Assembly (NCBI GenBank): GCA_038108555.1
Contig: JAYNIA010000047.1
Span: 1-15,406, forward strand
DNA: 15,406 nt
Source of the DNA: Nitrospinota bacterium
GTDB lineage: Bacteria > Nitrospinota > Nitrospinia > Nitrospinales > VA-1
Direction: 5' to 3'
Shown here: positions 1-8,135 of the stretch, piece by piece
Layout: each line of letters opens with the position of its first letter
Numbering within the stretch: position 1 is the first letter of the stretch
Translations under genes and position numbers: made by a program
The notes under the pieces: model-generated
Told to the model about the DNA's origin: nothing
The model's database searches: none
The model's input: the letters and a program-made list of their open reading frames with translations, nothing else

Positions 1-3
1 AAA

Positions 4-80
<77 letters not shown>

Positions 81-111
81 ATGATTTTCAGGGCAAGTAT
101 TGTACTCTATT

Positions 112-453
112 TTACGGAGAATTATTACTCTCGTAACGGATGATTTTCACCTCTTCTTCAGTGATCATCCCCTCCTGGAGAAATTCCTCCAGTTGCGGTT
201 TCACGCGCTCAATATTTTCTTTTCGATCCACAACCTCCACTACGATGGGTAGGTCATTGGACAATCTTAATATGGAGGTTGTGTGTAACTGGCTTGATTT
301 GCCGAATCCACCGATCCCTCTAAAAACAGTGGCACCTGCCAATCCCTGCTGGCGGAAAAACTCTACCAGATGATCTGAAAGTGGTTTGCCTTCGAATTTG
401 TCAGATTCGCCGATGAAAATTCTCATCATGATTGCATCAGATTCTTTCTTCAA
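112..453 (-). CDS. DUF190 family protein (PII/GlnB-like fold), typical crcB neighbour
   Basis: Motifs RIFIGESDK, GLAGATVFRGIGGFG and LRLSNDLPIVVEVVD. TTG start 1 nt after the crcB stop; in-frame ATGs at 429 and 426 are alternative starts. Confidence 0.9.
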   Translation of the reverse strand: MKKESDAIMMRIFIGESDKFEGKPLSDHLVEFFRQQGLAGATVFRGIGGFGKSSQLHTTSILRLSNDLPIVVEVVDRKENIERVKPQLEEFLQEGMITEEEVKIIRYESNNSP

Positions 454-454
454 T

Positions 455-835
455 TTATTTCATCCCCATTCCAACAATTAATATTTTGCCGAGATAAATC
501 GCCAGCAAACATAATGCAACGGTGCCGACGAGGTTGAGACCAAACATCATGTGCTCGCTTTTCTCCAGAAGTTTCATCGATTCCAGACTGAAGGTGGACA
601 TGGTTGTGAACGACCCCAGAACGCCAATGGTCAGGAAAACCCGTGCCTCTTCGCCAAACAGTCCGCGATATTCCGAGGCGTACATGACCAGCGCGAGAAT
701 AAAACTGCCGAGGAAATTGACTGCAAGCGTTCCTGCTGGAAAAGTGACGAATCCACTTTGGACCCAGCCACTGACAAAATAACGCAAGATCGCTCCGACA
801 AATCCTCCCAATCCGACTAGTAACCAAAGTGACAT
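455..835 (-). CDS. crcB: Fluoride efflux channel Fluc/CrcB
   Basis: 126 aa with four hydrophobic segments. Signature motifs GGFVGAILRY, GTLAVNFLGSF and GVLGSFTTMSTF (canonical G.CG.FTTFSTF). Confidence 0.95.
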   Translation of the reverse strand: MSLWLLVGLGGFVGAILRYFVSGWVQSGFVTFPAGTLAVNFLGSFILALVMYASEYRGLFGEEARVFLTIGVLGSFTTMSTFSLESMKLLEKSEHMMFGLNLVGTVALCLLAIYLGKILIVGMGMK

Positions 836-839
836 TAGA

Positions 840-1319
840 TTATTTTTTTGCGCTCTCTGTTTTTTCTTCGATCATGCGCAGCCGGGAACCAGCCATGGCC
901 ACCCCTGCATAATCGTTGCGGTCCGTATAAGACTGAATGGCTTTTTTTGCGTAAAGGACGGCGGTTTCATTGTCTTTCATTTTATTCGCGACCCAGGAAA
1001 TATTCATCTCCATTTGCGGGACCTCGGGATGCCGGGGATTCAACTGAATTCCTTCCTTGTAGGAAGCGATCGATTCCTCATAGCGTCCTGTATTACCATA
1101 TGCGTTCCCCAAACTCAAATAAGCGGGAATGTAATTTGGGTTCACGTTAAGCGCACTTTTAAACGCTTTGATGGCATCTTCATGCATTCCCAAAGCGCCT
1201 TTTTCGATTCCCAGTTGAAGATAGTCTTCCGCATGCATGGGTTCTTCATAGGTGGTTAATCTCCATGCGGTAGCTGCTATTAGAACCAGGAAAAAAAGAA
1301 TGCCAATCTTTCTTTTCAT
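840..1319 (-). CDS. Tetratricopeptide repeat protein with N-terminal signal peptide or membrane anchor
   Basis: Basic-then-hydrophobic N-terminus MKRKIGILFFLVLIAATAW. TPR-pattern helices AIKAFKSALNVNPNYIPAYLSLGNAY and SIASYKEGIQLNPRHP. Confidence 0.85.
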   Translation of the reverse strand: MKRKIGILFFLVLIAATAWRLTTYEEPMHAEDYLQLGIEKGALGMHEDAIKAFKSALNVNPNYIPAYLSLGNAYGNTGRYEESIASYKEGIQLNPRHPEVPQMEMNISWVANKMKDNETAVLYAKKAIQSYTDRNDYAGVAMAGSRLRMIEEKTESAKK

Positions 1320-1492
1320 ATTGTTTCACTTAACTGGTGCAGGCAGTTCAGGCAAAGGCAGTTTTCAAAATTGTTTTTGATATAGTCCAGTTGTTTTTTG
1401 TTTAGCGGTACCCCATCGCATTGACAGGGGTTGGGTGAATCGTTTTCACATTCAAACTGTTTTCCACACTTTGGACAGGTTTTCCGGGTCAT
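1316..1492 (-). CDS. Small cysteine-rich CWC-family-like protein (58 aa; not in the ORF track)
   Basis: Manual translation: MTRKTCPKCGKQFECENDSPNPCQCDGVPLNKKQLDYIKNNFENCLCLNCLHQLSETI*. Eight Cys in the pattern CxxC-x5-C...CxC...CxCxxC. ATGA start/stop overlaps with both neighbours (1489-1492 and 1316-1319). Confidence 0.88.
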   Translation of the reverse strand: MTRKTCPKCGKQFECENDSPNPCQCDGVPLNKKQLDYIKNNFENCLCLNCLHQLSETI

Positions 1493-4400
1493 TGAATAGT
1501 TCCCCTTTGAACAATGTATTCATGGTTCGCAGGAAAGTCACCTTCAATTCGAGTTGTTTCCCCGGTCGACCAGGTTATTTCCAATCTCTTAAGGGTTTCA
1601 TTTTTCCCCAGCCCAAAATGTGCCAGCGGGGCATCGTGGGAATGGAATCCGCCGCCGGTTTTTATTTCCCGGAACTGGTGCCTGTCCCCGTTTTCCCCAT
1701 AGTGGATGACTATTTTGCATCCCAGACAAAATCGGTTTGCCTTTCCATCCCTCAGTTTGATAGTCACACTGTTATTTTCGGTTTCATGGTTAGTATACAC
1801 CTTGAAAGGACCATACAGAGTATTTGAAATAATATCGAGGTCGCCATCGCGGTCCAGATCCATATAGGTGTATGAGGAACTGTGGTCGTAATCATCCAAT
1901 CCAAATTCCTGTTCAGCCGATTCAAAAGTTTCCCCTTTTAGGTTGTGGAAGAAATTATTGGCAGCAAACTCCTGAGTGATGGGCACCCCATTTACGACAT
2001 AGAGGTCCTGCCATTGGTCGTTGTCCAGATCTGCAAAACGTGCGTTCCAGCTCCATTCCGCAGTGGCAATTTTCGTTTGCTTTGAAACATCTGTAAATTT
2101 GTGATCGTTTCCGCCGGATAAAAGAAGATTGAACTGGGTTTGCATGGGAATTTCTTCATCCCTGGAAAGTTCCAGGTGATTCGCTTCAAAATATTTTTTG
2201 CATACCAGGTTGTTCAGTAGGTAAGGACTGGAAATTTTTTCACAAAGCGATTTATCTTTTCGGGTGGTGGCTACCAGTACCATGCGCATTACCATGCATT
2301 CCTGAATTTTTTCAGGGTCGCCCAGGGACGAACATTTTTCGGTGATATCCTGCTTTTCAGGATTCAACAAAGTGGCGAGTTTTACAAGCTGGTAACAGGA
2401 TTTTTTATCGAGAACACTTTTCCCCGATTCGCAAAAATCCAGTCCCGCATTTTGCATGGTGTCGCCAAAAATATTTGAGACGACATCCAGTCCTCGCGAC
2501 ATGCCAATATTCGCCAGATAGATATCCGGAATCAGGTCGTTGTTGAAATCCCCGGTATCAATGCTCATGGAGTTCTGTGTGGTGAGGGGAATGATATTGT
2601 CCTGATGCCGTATCTTTTTTAAAGAGCCCTCATCTTTCCCTAGGTAGTAAGTGTCGGAAACCCGATAGTCGTTGGCAACCACCAGGTCCGGGTTTCCATC
2701 CATATTAAAATCTGAAAGCAAAGTGGAATGAGTTTGTCCGGGGATGCCTTCGATTTCCTGAATCTTAAAGTCAAGATTTCGATTGAAGACCAGTTGGTCG
2801 GTTGCCTGTTTTACGGGTTTGCGGGTCAAAATACCGAGAAAATAATTTCCGTTAACGAGATCGAGGAATCCATCACGGTCTATATCAGCAAATGCGGTAG
2901 CGCTTGTGACAAGAGCCTCCCCATTGGGAACTTTTTTAACGGTGATTTTGCCTTCAAATGGAATGGGATTGAGAACGACAAAATTCCCTTCGTTGAAAGT
3001 TGTCAGGAAAACGTCCAGCCAGCCATCGTTATTCAAATCTACCAGCGCAATGTTTATCGCCTGTTTTCCTTTTAGTTCAGAAATGTTGCTGAATGCTTTT
3101 TTAAATTTCTTTCCATATAGATTCTGATAAAGCTCGAATCCGTTATCCGTGGCGATGGCAAAGTCAGTCCATCCATCGTGATCGAAATCGCCCGAAGCGA
3201 TGCCTCGCCCGAAAAACAGTGGATCGAGGAAAACACTCGGGGTCAGGGAATTGGAATAGGTGATTCCCCATTCATTCCCGTTTTGGATAGAGAAGGGTTT
3301 GCCGGTTTGTTTGTCCCGTGGTTTATGAGAGATGGCATGTAGAATGATGTCGTCCTGTCTGAGAATGATGGGGGATGCATGCCGAACTCTTGGAGCTAGA
3401 GAAAAATTATTGATTTGAGAAGATTGTTTGGCGATTGGTTTTTTGCTTACCACCTGATCGTACTGTGCCAGCCATTGAATGTGTCGATATTCGATAAATC
3501 CGTTAGAGATATAGCCCAGGACAATTCCAATGATAGAAACGATGAAAAAAAGTTTTACAGCGAGGAAAAGAGAAAAGGTGCGGGCGACAATCATCGCCGA
3601 ATAAATGCTGAATGTTCCCAGTGTGAATAGCATGGTGGTGACAAAGGCAGGTGCGAGTCCCGACATCATCAGTGCCTGAGCCAACATCAAATCGAAGGCG
3701 ATGGGCAGGGGCATCAGGGTGCCCATGAACGAAATCAGGCTCAGGTTAACCAGGTTGATGGGGACGCCGATCAACTGGTCAAAACTCCACGCATGGCTTG
3801 CAATGGCACCAACTAACCCTGCTAAAAGCATGAGGGGGACTGTTCTGACGAAGATGTATTTCAGGCCCATTAAATAATCTAGAGATGCTCCTTTAAAGGC
3901 TTGTGGCCAGGACTCGACTGAAATATCGCAGGTGGTTTCAATTTCACAAGCAGAATTATCCAGAGAAACTTTTTCCTTTTCTGATATCAGGGGGACGATT
4001 ATCAGGATAAGCACAAAGGTCGCCAGCAGTTTTGCCAAAGCCATGTAAAAGGGGAAAATGGAAAAAAGCATGGTTAATACGATGATGTTCAAAGTTGGTG
4101 AACTGAACATGACCGCCAATGCAGTTTCCATTTTGCTTCCCGCTTCGTACAATCCTTTGGCAATGGGAGCCACACAATTGACGCAGACCCCGAGTGGTGT
4201 TCCAACAAACATTCCCATAAAGCTGTTGCGAAAGCGTTTGTCAGACCGGCGCCTGGGGATATGTTTTAAAAGTGTATAAAATCCTGCTGCGAGGGCCAAA
4301 CCAAAAGTCATTCCACGCCAATTGGTTTCGTACCAGTTCAAAGTAGTGATGAAAACCCGTGTCATGAAATCCGCATTTCGTGAAGCATGAAAATGGGCGG

Positions 4401-4545
4401 AGTTGGTGAGAGGGTCTTCAAAGGCTTCCATTCCTGAAAGTGCGGCTTTGGTATCCAGCGCCGGATAACGGGAAATCAGCCAGAAGCTGACAGACACACA
4501 AACAATAAAAACTGTAAGAATAGTAAACCTTCGATTAACCGGCAT
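1489..4545 (-). CDS. Fusion of an ArsP_1/DUF318-type multi-pass permease, a seven-repeat FG-GAP/VCBS beta-propeller and an ASPIC/UnbV domain (CRTAC1-like)
   Basis: About aa 1-350: multiple TM segments with GTPLGVCVNCVAPIAKGL and AVMFSSPTLN. About aa 452-905: seven Ca-binding-type motifs DFDHDG, DLNNDG, DIDRDG, DFNMDG, DFNNDL, DLDNDQ and DLDRDG. C-terminus REIKTGGGFHSHDAPLAHFGLG...LEITWSTG is typical of ASPIC/UnbV. Confidence 0.85.
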   Translation of the reverse strand: MPVNRRFTILTVFIVCVSVSFWLISRYPALDTKAALSGMEAFEDPLTNSAHFHASRNADFMTRVFITTLNWYETNWRGMTFGLALAAGFYTLLKHIPRRRSDKRFRNSFMGMFVGTPLGVCVNCVAPIAKGLYEAGSKMETALAVMFSSPTLNIIVLTMLFSIFPFYMALAKLLATFVLILIIVPLISEKEKVSLDNSACEIETTCDISVESWPQAFKGASLDYLMGLKYIFVRTVPLMLLAGLVGAIASHAWSFDQLIGVPINLVNLSLISFMGTLMPLPIAFDLMLAQALMMSGLAPAFVTTMLFTLGTFSIYSAMIVARTFSLFLAVKLFFIVSIIGIVLGYISNGFIEYRHIQWLAQYDQVVSKKPIAKQSSQINNFSLAPRVRHASPIILRQDDIILHAISHKPRDKQTGKPFSIQNGNEWGITYSNSLTPSVFLDPLFFGRGIASGDFDHDGWTDFAIATDNGFELYQNLYGKKFKKAFSNISELKGKQAINIALVDLNNDGWLDVFLTTFNEGNFVVLNPIPFEGKITVKKVPNGEALVTSATAFADIDRDGFLDLVNGNYFLGILTRKPVKQATDQLVFNRNLDFKIQEIEGIPGQTHSTLLSDFNMDGNPDLVVANDYRVSDTYYLGKDEGSLKKIRHQDNIIPLTTQNSMSIDTGDFNNDLIPDIYLANIGMSRGLDVVSNIFGDTMQNAGLDFCESGKSVLDKKSCYQLVKLATLLNPEKQDITEKCSSLGDPEKIQECMVMRMVLVATTRKDKSLCEKISSPYLLNNLVCKKYFEANHLELSRDEEIPMQTQFNLLLSGGNDHKFTDVSKQTKIATAEWSWNARFADLDNDQWQDLYVVNGVPITQEFAANNFFHNLKGETFESAEQEFGLDDYDHSSSYTYMDLDRDGDLDIISNTLYGPFKVYTNHETENNSVTIKLRDGKANRFCLGCKIVIHYGENGDRHQFREIKTGGGFHSHDAPLAHFGLGKNETLKRLEITWSTGETTRIEGDFPANHEYIVQRGTIQ

Positions 4546-4629
4546 TTTGATTGTTTCAAAAATGAAATGAGTCAGAGTGTACCTATTTTTACCTTAAATG
4601 GGCATGAAGGGGAAACCAATTTTCGTTTC

Positions 4630-4658
4630 TTGCCAGTGGGAAATCCTATTGGTAAAAT
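4630..4658 (+). promoter_or_regulatory. Putative sigma70 promoter for glnS
   Basis: TTGCCA (4630-4635), 17-bp spacer, TAAAAT (4653-4658) with an extended -10 TG. A second TATAAT lies at 4688-4693, and an AGGAGA RBS at 4728-4733 precedes the TTG start. Confidence 0.55.
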
Positions 4659-4739
4659 CCGTTCCACTGAAAAACCGGTTTTGCGGTTATAATAGCTTCG
4701 TTTGTTTCCCGCCGAAGATCAAGAAATAGGAGATAAAAT

Positions 4740-6407
4740 TTGTCAGAAGTCGAACTCCCTTCCAATTTTATTCAAAATAGAATTGAAGAAGAATTAAAAG
4801 TAAATTCATTTACCGTTCATACCCGTTTCCCCCCGGAACCCAATGGCCATTTGCATATTGGCCACGCGAAATCCATTTGCCTTAATTTTGGCCTCGCAGA
4901 CAAATTTTCCGGAATATGCAATCTTCGTTTCGATGATACCAATCCCAGCAAAGAAGAAACGAAATATGTGCAAGCCATTCAGGAAGATGTCCGGTGGCTA
5001 GGGTTCGACTGGGGCGATAATATTTTTTATGCCTCGGATTATTTCGATCAGCTTTTTGAGTTTGCAATCCAATTAATCAATACGGGTAAGGCGTATGTGG
5101 ATGACCTGACCCCGGAACAGATGCGGGAATATCGTGGGACCCTGTCCGAGCCTGGAAAGAATAGTCCCTATCGGGATCGGAGCATTAAGGAAAACCTTGA
5201 GTTGTTCCAGAAAATGAAGGCCGGTGAGTTTGCAGAAGGTGAAAAAGTTCTTCGTGCAAAAATTGATATGGGTTCCGGCAATCTGAATATGCGCGACCCG
5301 GTGCTTTACCGGATATTGAAAGCATCGCATCATCGCACCGGGGATAAGTGGTGTGTTTACCCTATGTATGACTTCACTCACGGGCAATCCGATTCGATTG
5401 AAAAGATAACCCATTCACTTTGTACTTTGGAGTTTGAAGACCACCGTCCTCTTTATGACTGGTTTCTCGATGAGTTGGAGATTTATCATCCGCAACAAAT
5501 TGAGTTTGCCCGTTTAAATATCAACTACACCATCCTCAGTAAAAGGAAACTTTTGCAGTTGGTTGAAGAGGGCCATGTCGAAGGTTGGGATGATCCACGA
5601 ATGCCCACCCTTTCTGGAATGCGGAGGCGCGGTTATCCTCCTGAAGCCATTCGTGAATTTTGTGAGCGGATAGGAATATCAAAAAGTAACAGCACGGTGG
5701 ATTTTGCCCTTCTAGAGCATTGTGTTCGGGAGAACCTGAATGAAACGGCGACCCGTGTTATGGCTGTTTTGCGACCCCTGAAAATCGTGTTAGTGAATTA
5801 CCCCGAAGGGCAGGTCGAAGAGATGGATGCCATTAACAATCCTGAAGACCCGGAAGCTGGAACGCGTAAAATGCCTTTTTCAAGGGTGGTCTATATTGAG
5901 GAGGACGATTTTATGGAAGATCCTCCGAAAAAGTTTTTCAGACTTGCTCCGGGCCGTGAAGTTCGATTGAAACACGCTTACGTAATTAAATGTGAAGAAG
6001 TGATCAAAGATTCAGAAGGGAATATTATTGAACTGCGCTGTACTTACGATCCTGATACGCGCAGTGGTTCCACTCAAGATGGTCGAAAAGTTAAAGGAAC
6101 CTTGCATTGGGTTTCAGCCGACCATGCGCTAAAGGCAGAAGTAAGATTGTACAATCATCTTTTCACGCACGAAAACCCAGCCGATGAAAAAGAATGTCCC
6201 GATCTGGAGTCCAGTTTGAATCCAGATTCCCTCGAAGTGATTCAGGAAGCACTTTTGGAGCCCTTTTTACAAAATGCTGAAGGAAGGTATCAGTTCCTGA
6301 GGTTGGGATATTTTTCTGTAGACCCCCAGAAAAATTCAAAAGGATCACAGGTGTTTAACCGGATCGTTACCCTGCGCGATACCTGGGCAAAAATAGCAAA
6401 GAAATAA
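4740..6407 (+). CDS. glnS: Glutamine--tRNA ligase
   Basis: Motifs [23 protein letters not shown] (HIGH), [45 protein letters not shown] and [12 protein letters not shown] start with a strong RBS. No C-terminal Yqey extension. Confidence 0.97.
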   Translation: MSEVELPSNFIQNRIEEELKVNSFTVHTRFPPEPNGHLHIGHAKSICLNFGLADKFSGICNLRFDDTNPSKEETKYVQAIQEDVRWLGFDWGDNIFYASDYFDQLFEFAIQLINTGKAYVDDLTPEQMREYRGTLSEPGKNSPYRDRSIKENLELFQKMKAGEFAEGEKVLRAKIDMGSGNLNMRDPVLYRILKASHHRTGDKWCVYPMYDFTHGQSDSIEKITHSLCTLEFEDHRPLYDWFLDELEIYHPQQIEFARLNINYTILSKRKLLQLVEEGHVEGWDDPRMPTLSGMRRRGYPPEAIREFCERIGISKSNSTVDFALLEHCVRENLNETATRVMAVLRPLKIVLVNYPEGQVEEMDAINNPEDPEAGTRKMPFSRVVYIEEDDFMEDPPKKFFRLAPGREVRLKHAYVIKCEEVIKDSEGNIIELRCTYDPDTRSGSTQDGRKVKGTLHWVSADHALKAEVRLYNHLFTHENPADEKECPDLESSLNPDSLEVIQEALLEPFLQNAEGRYQFLRLGYFSVDPQKNSKGSQVFNRIVTLRDTWAKIAKK

Positions 6408-6412
6408 ACTGC

Positions 6413-8131
6413 CTAAACCCGGGGTTGTTCTTTTGGCAGGGTGAAGGTGAAGGTGGCTCCCTGTCCTTCCCGGCTTTTCACAAAAATAGACCCACTATGG
6501 CGCGTGACTATTTTTTTGCAGATGGCGAGGCCAATTCCTGTTCCCTCATAAGCGGAATGGCCATGTAGTCTTTCCAGGGGTGCAAAAATACGTTCGGAAA
6601 ATTTTTCTTCATCCAAACCGATCCCGTTATCTTTAATATTGATGATCCAACCTTCTTTTTTTTCGTATCGACTATTGAGTTCGACCTGGGGTGGAACATC
6701 TTCCTTATGATATTTGAGGGCGTTATCAATCAGGTTTTGCAGTAGCTGCCGCATTTGGAAGGGGTCCGCTTCAATTTTGGGTAGTTCCCCCACTTTGATT
6801 TTGCCTTTGGTTTCCTGGAGTTTAGCATCGAGGTCTTCAATCACTTCCAGGGCAATTTTACCCAGGTCGACTTTTTCAAAAGGTTTGGCGGTGGTAGTTA
6901 CCTGGGAAAGTCTCAGTAGATCTTCTATCAGAGTCCGCATTCTGCCTGCAGCTTTACCCATGCGCTCGAGATAACCCCTTTGAGTATCATTGTAGGAGTT
7001 TTTTATTTCAAGCACCCGGTCACTGAAGATAGAAATTTTTCTTAGAGGTTCCTGCAAATCATGCGAAGCGATATAGGCAAAATCGCTCAGTTCCTTGTTG
7101 CTTCTTTCCAGTTCAGCGGCATAACTTTTCAATTCCTTTTGCACGCGATTTTTATGGATCGCAAGAGCGGCGATATTTGCTGAAGATTTAATTAGTTCGA
7201 GTTCCGCTTTTATGGGTTTTCGAGGTTTGTGGTAGTAAAGCGCAAAGGTTCCCAATACGTTACCCGCAGTATCCATGATTGGAGTCGACCAGCACGATCT
7301 TAAATTGAAAGAAAGGGGCACTTCTTTGTATTTTGTCCAATGGACATCTTTCGAAATATCTTCTGCGATGACGTTTTTTTTTAAATAAACTGCGGTCCCA
7401 CAAGAACCCTGGTTGTTTCCGACAAGCACCTTTCTGGTTTTTTCAATATATTCTTTTGGCAAATTGGGGGCCGAACCGTAATGGAGGAACTTGCCGGACT
7501 TATCCAAAAGTAAAATGGAGCTTTTTAATCCATTGGTATATTTTTCTACTTTGAGACAAATTTCATTTAGGATGGTTTGTAAATTATCCTCTGCTGCCAG
7601 GGAGCCCAGTATATTATTTTGATCGAGCAGATAATTTTCTGCCAGTTTTCGTCCGGTAATGTCATATCCATAAACATTCACATAGTTTTCTTCCTGGACG
7701 GGAGAGAAAGTTAAAGAGAAAAACTCCTGATCCACCTCCATTTCAACCGTTTCATTCTTGTTTTTGGACAGAGTTACTTCGACAATATATTTCCAGTACT
7801 TAGGGACCTCTTTTTTTACTTCCATTCCGAAAGTTTTTAGCAGGTTCTGGCTTGCAGAATTTGCGTAGTATAAATTTCCGTTTTTGGAAATGCGTAAAAC
7901 AGGATGCGGGTTTTCATTGGGAAACCGGGAGAGCCACTCTATCTGGCTATTTTTTTCATGGACTTCTTCAGATAAAACATCTATTGCATGTTCCAGCAGT
8001 GAATAATCATCATCCTGTTGATGATAGGCTTCATCTACGGCAGATAATAAATCCCTCAATTTTTGCGGGATATCTTCCTCATCTTTCAAATAGCGTTTGA
8101 TTTGTCGATTTAGGAGTTTGTGCTTCATCAC
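6413..8131 (-). CDS. Cytoplasmic sensor histidine kinase (N-terminal helical region, PAS, GAF, HisKA, HATPase_c)
   Basis: PAS-like FPNENPHPVLRISKNGNLYYAN; GAF GSCGTAVY...SCWSTPI...VLGTFALY; H-box ASHDLQEPLRKI; N-box NLIDNALKY; G1 DNGIG; G2 GTGIGLAICKKIV. No obvious TM segment. Confidence 0.93.
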   Translation of the reverse strand: MMKHKLLNRQIKRYLKDEEDIPQKLRDLLSAVDEAYHQQDDDYSLLEHAIDVLSEEVHEKNSQIEWLSRFPNENPHPVLRISKNGNLYYANSASQNLLKTFGMEVKKEVPKYWKYIVEVTLSKNKNETVEMEVDQEFFSLTFSPVQEENYVNVYGYDITGRKLAENYLLDQNNILGSLAAEDNLQTILNEICLKVEKYTNGLKSSILLLDKSGKFLHYGSAPNLPKEYIEKTRKVLVGNNQGSCGTAVYLKKNVIAEDISKDVHWTKYKEVPLSFNLRSCWSTPIMDTAGNVLGTFALYYHKPRKPIKAELELIKSSANIAALAIHKNRVQKELKSYAAELERSNKELSDFAYIASHDLQEPLRKISIFSDRVLEIKNSYNDTQRGYLERMGKAAGRMRTLIEDLLRLSQVTTTAKPFEKVDLGKIALEVIEDLDAKLQETKGKIKVGELPKIEADPFQMRQLLQNLIDNALKYHKEDVPPQVELNSRYEKKEGWIINIKDNGIGLDEEKFSERIFAPLERLHGHSAYEGTGIGLAICKKIVTRHSGSIFVKSREGQGATFTFTLPKEQPRV

Positions 8132-8135
8132 ATGG

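Noticed and set aside
450..827. 125-aa alternative-frame ORF overlapping crcB
   Set aside because: Fully overlaps the motif-supported crcB frame and has no recognisable features.
1320..1488. Fluoride riboswitch upstream of crcB, here or at 4546-4739
   Set aside because: This gap is occupied by the CWC-like CDS, and I saw no GGCGATGG...TGATG-type riboswitch pattern in either region. A cmscan would be needed to exclude it fully.
1489..1790. Enediyne biosynthetic cluster suggested by the UnbV domain
   Set aside because: No PKS, thioesterase or other enediyne cassette genes in the window, and ASPIC/UnbV domains are widespread outside such clusters.
5536..5550. LSKR instead of MSKR in GlnRS
   Set aside because: A common variant among GlnRS enzymes, so not notable.
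6413..8131. Kinase as a bacteriophytochrome photoreceptor
   Set aside because: The HisKA region is phytochrome-like, but there is no PHY domain and no DIP/PASDIP bilin-pocket motif in the GAF domain.
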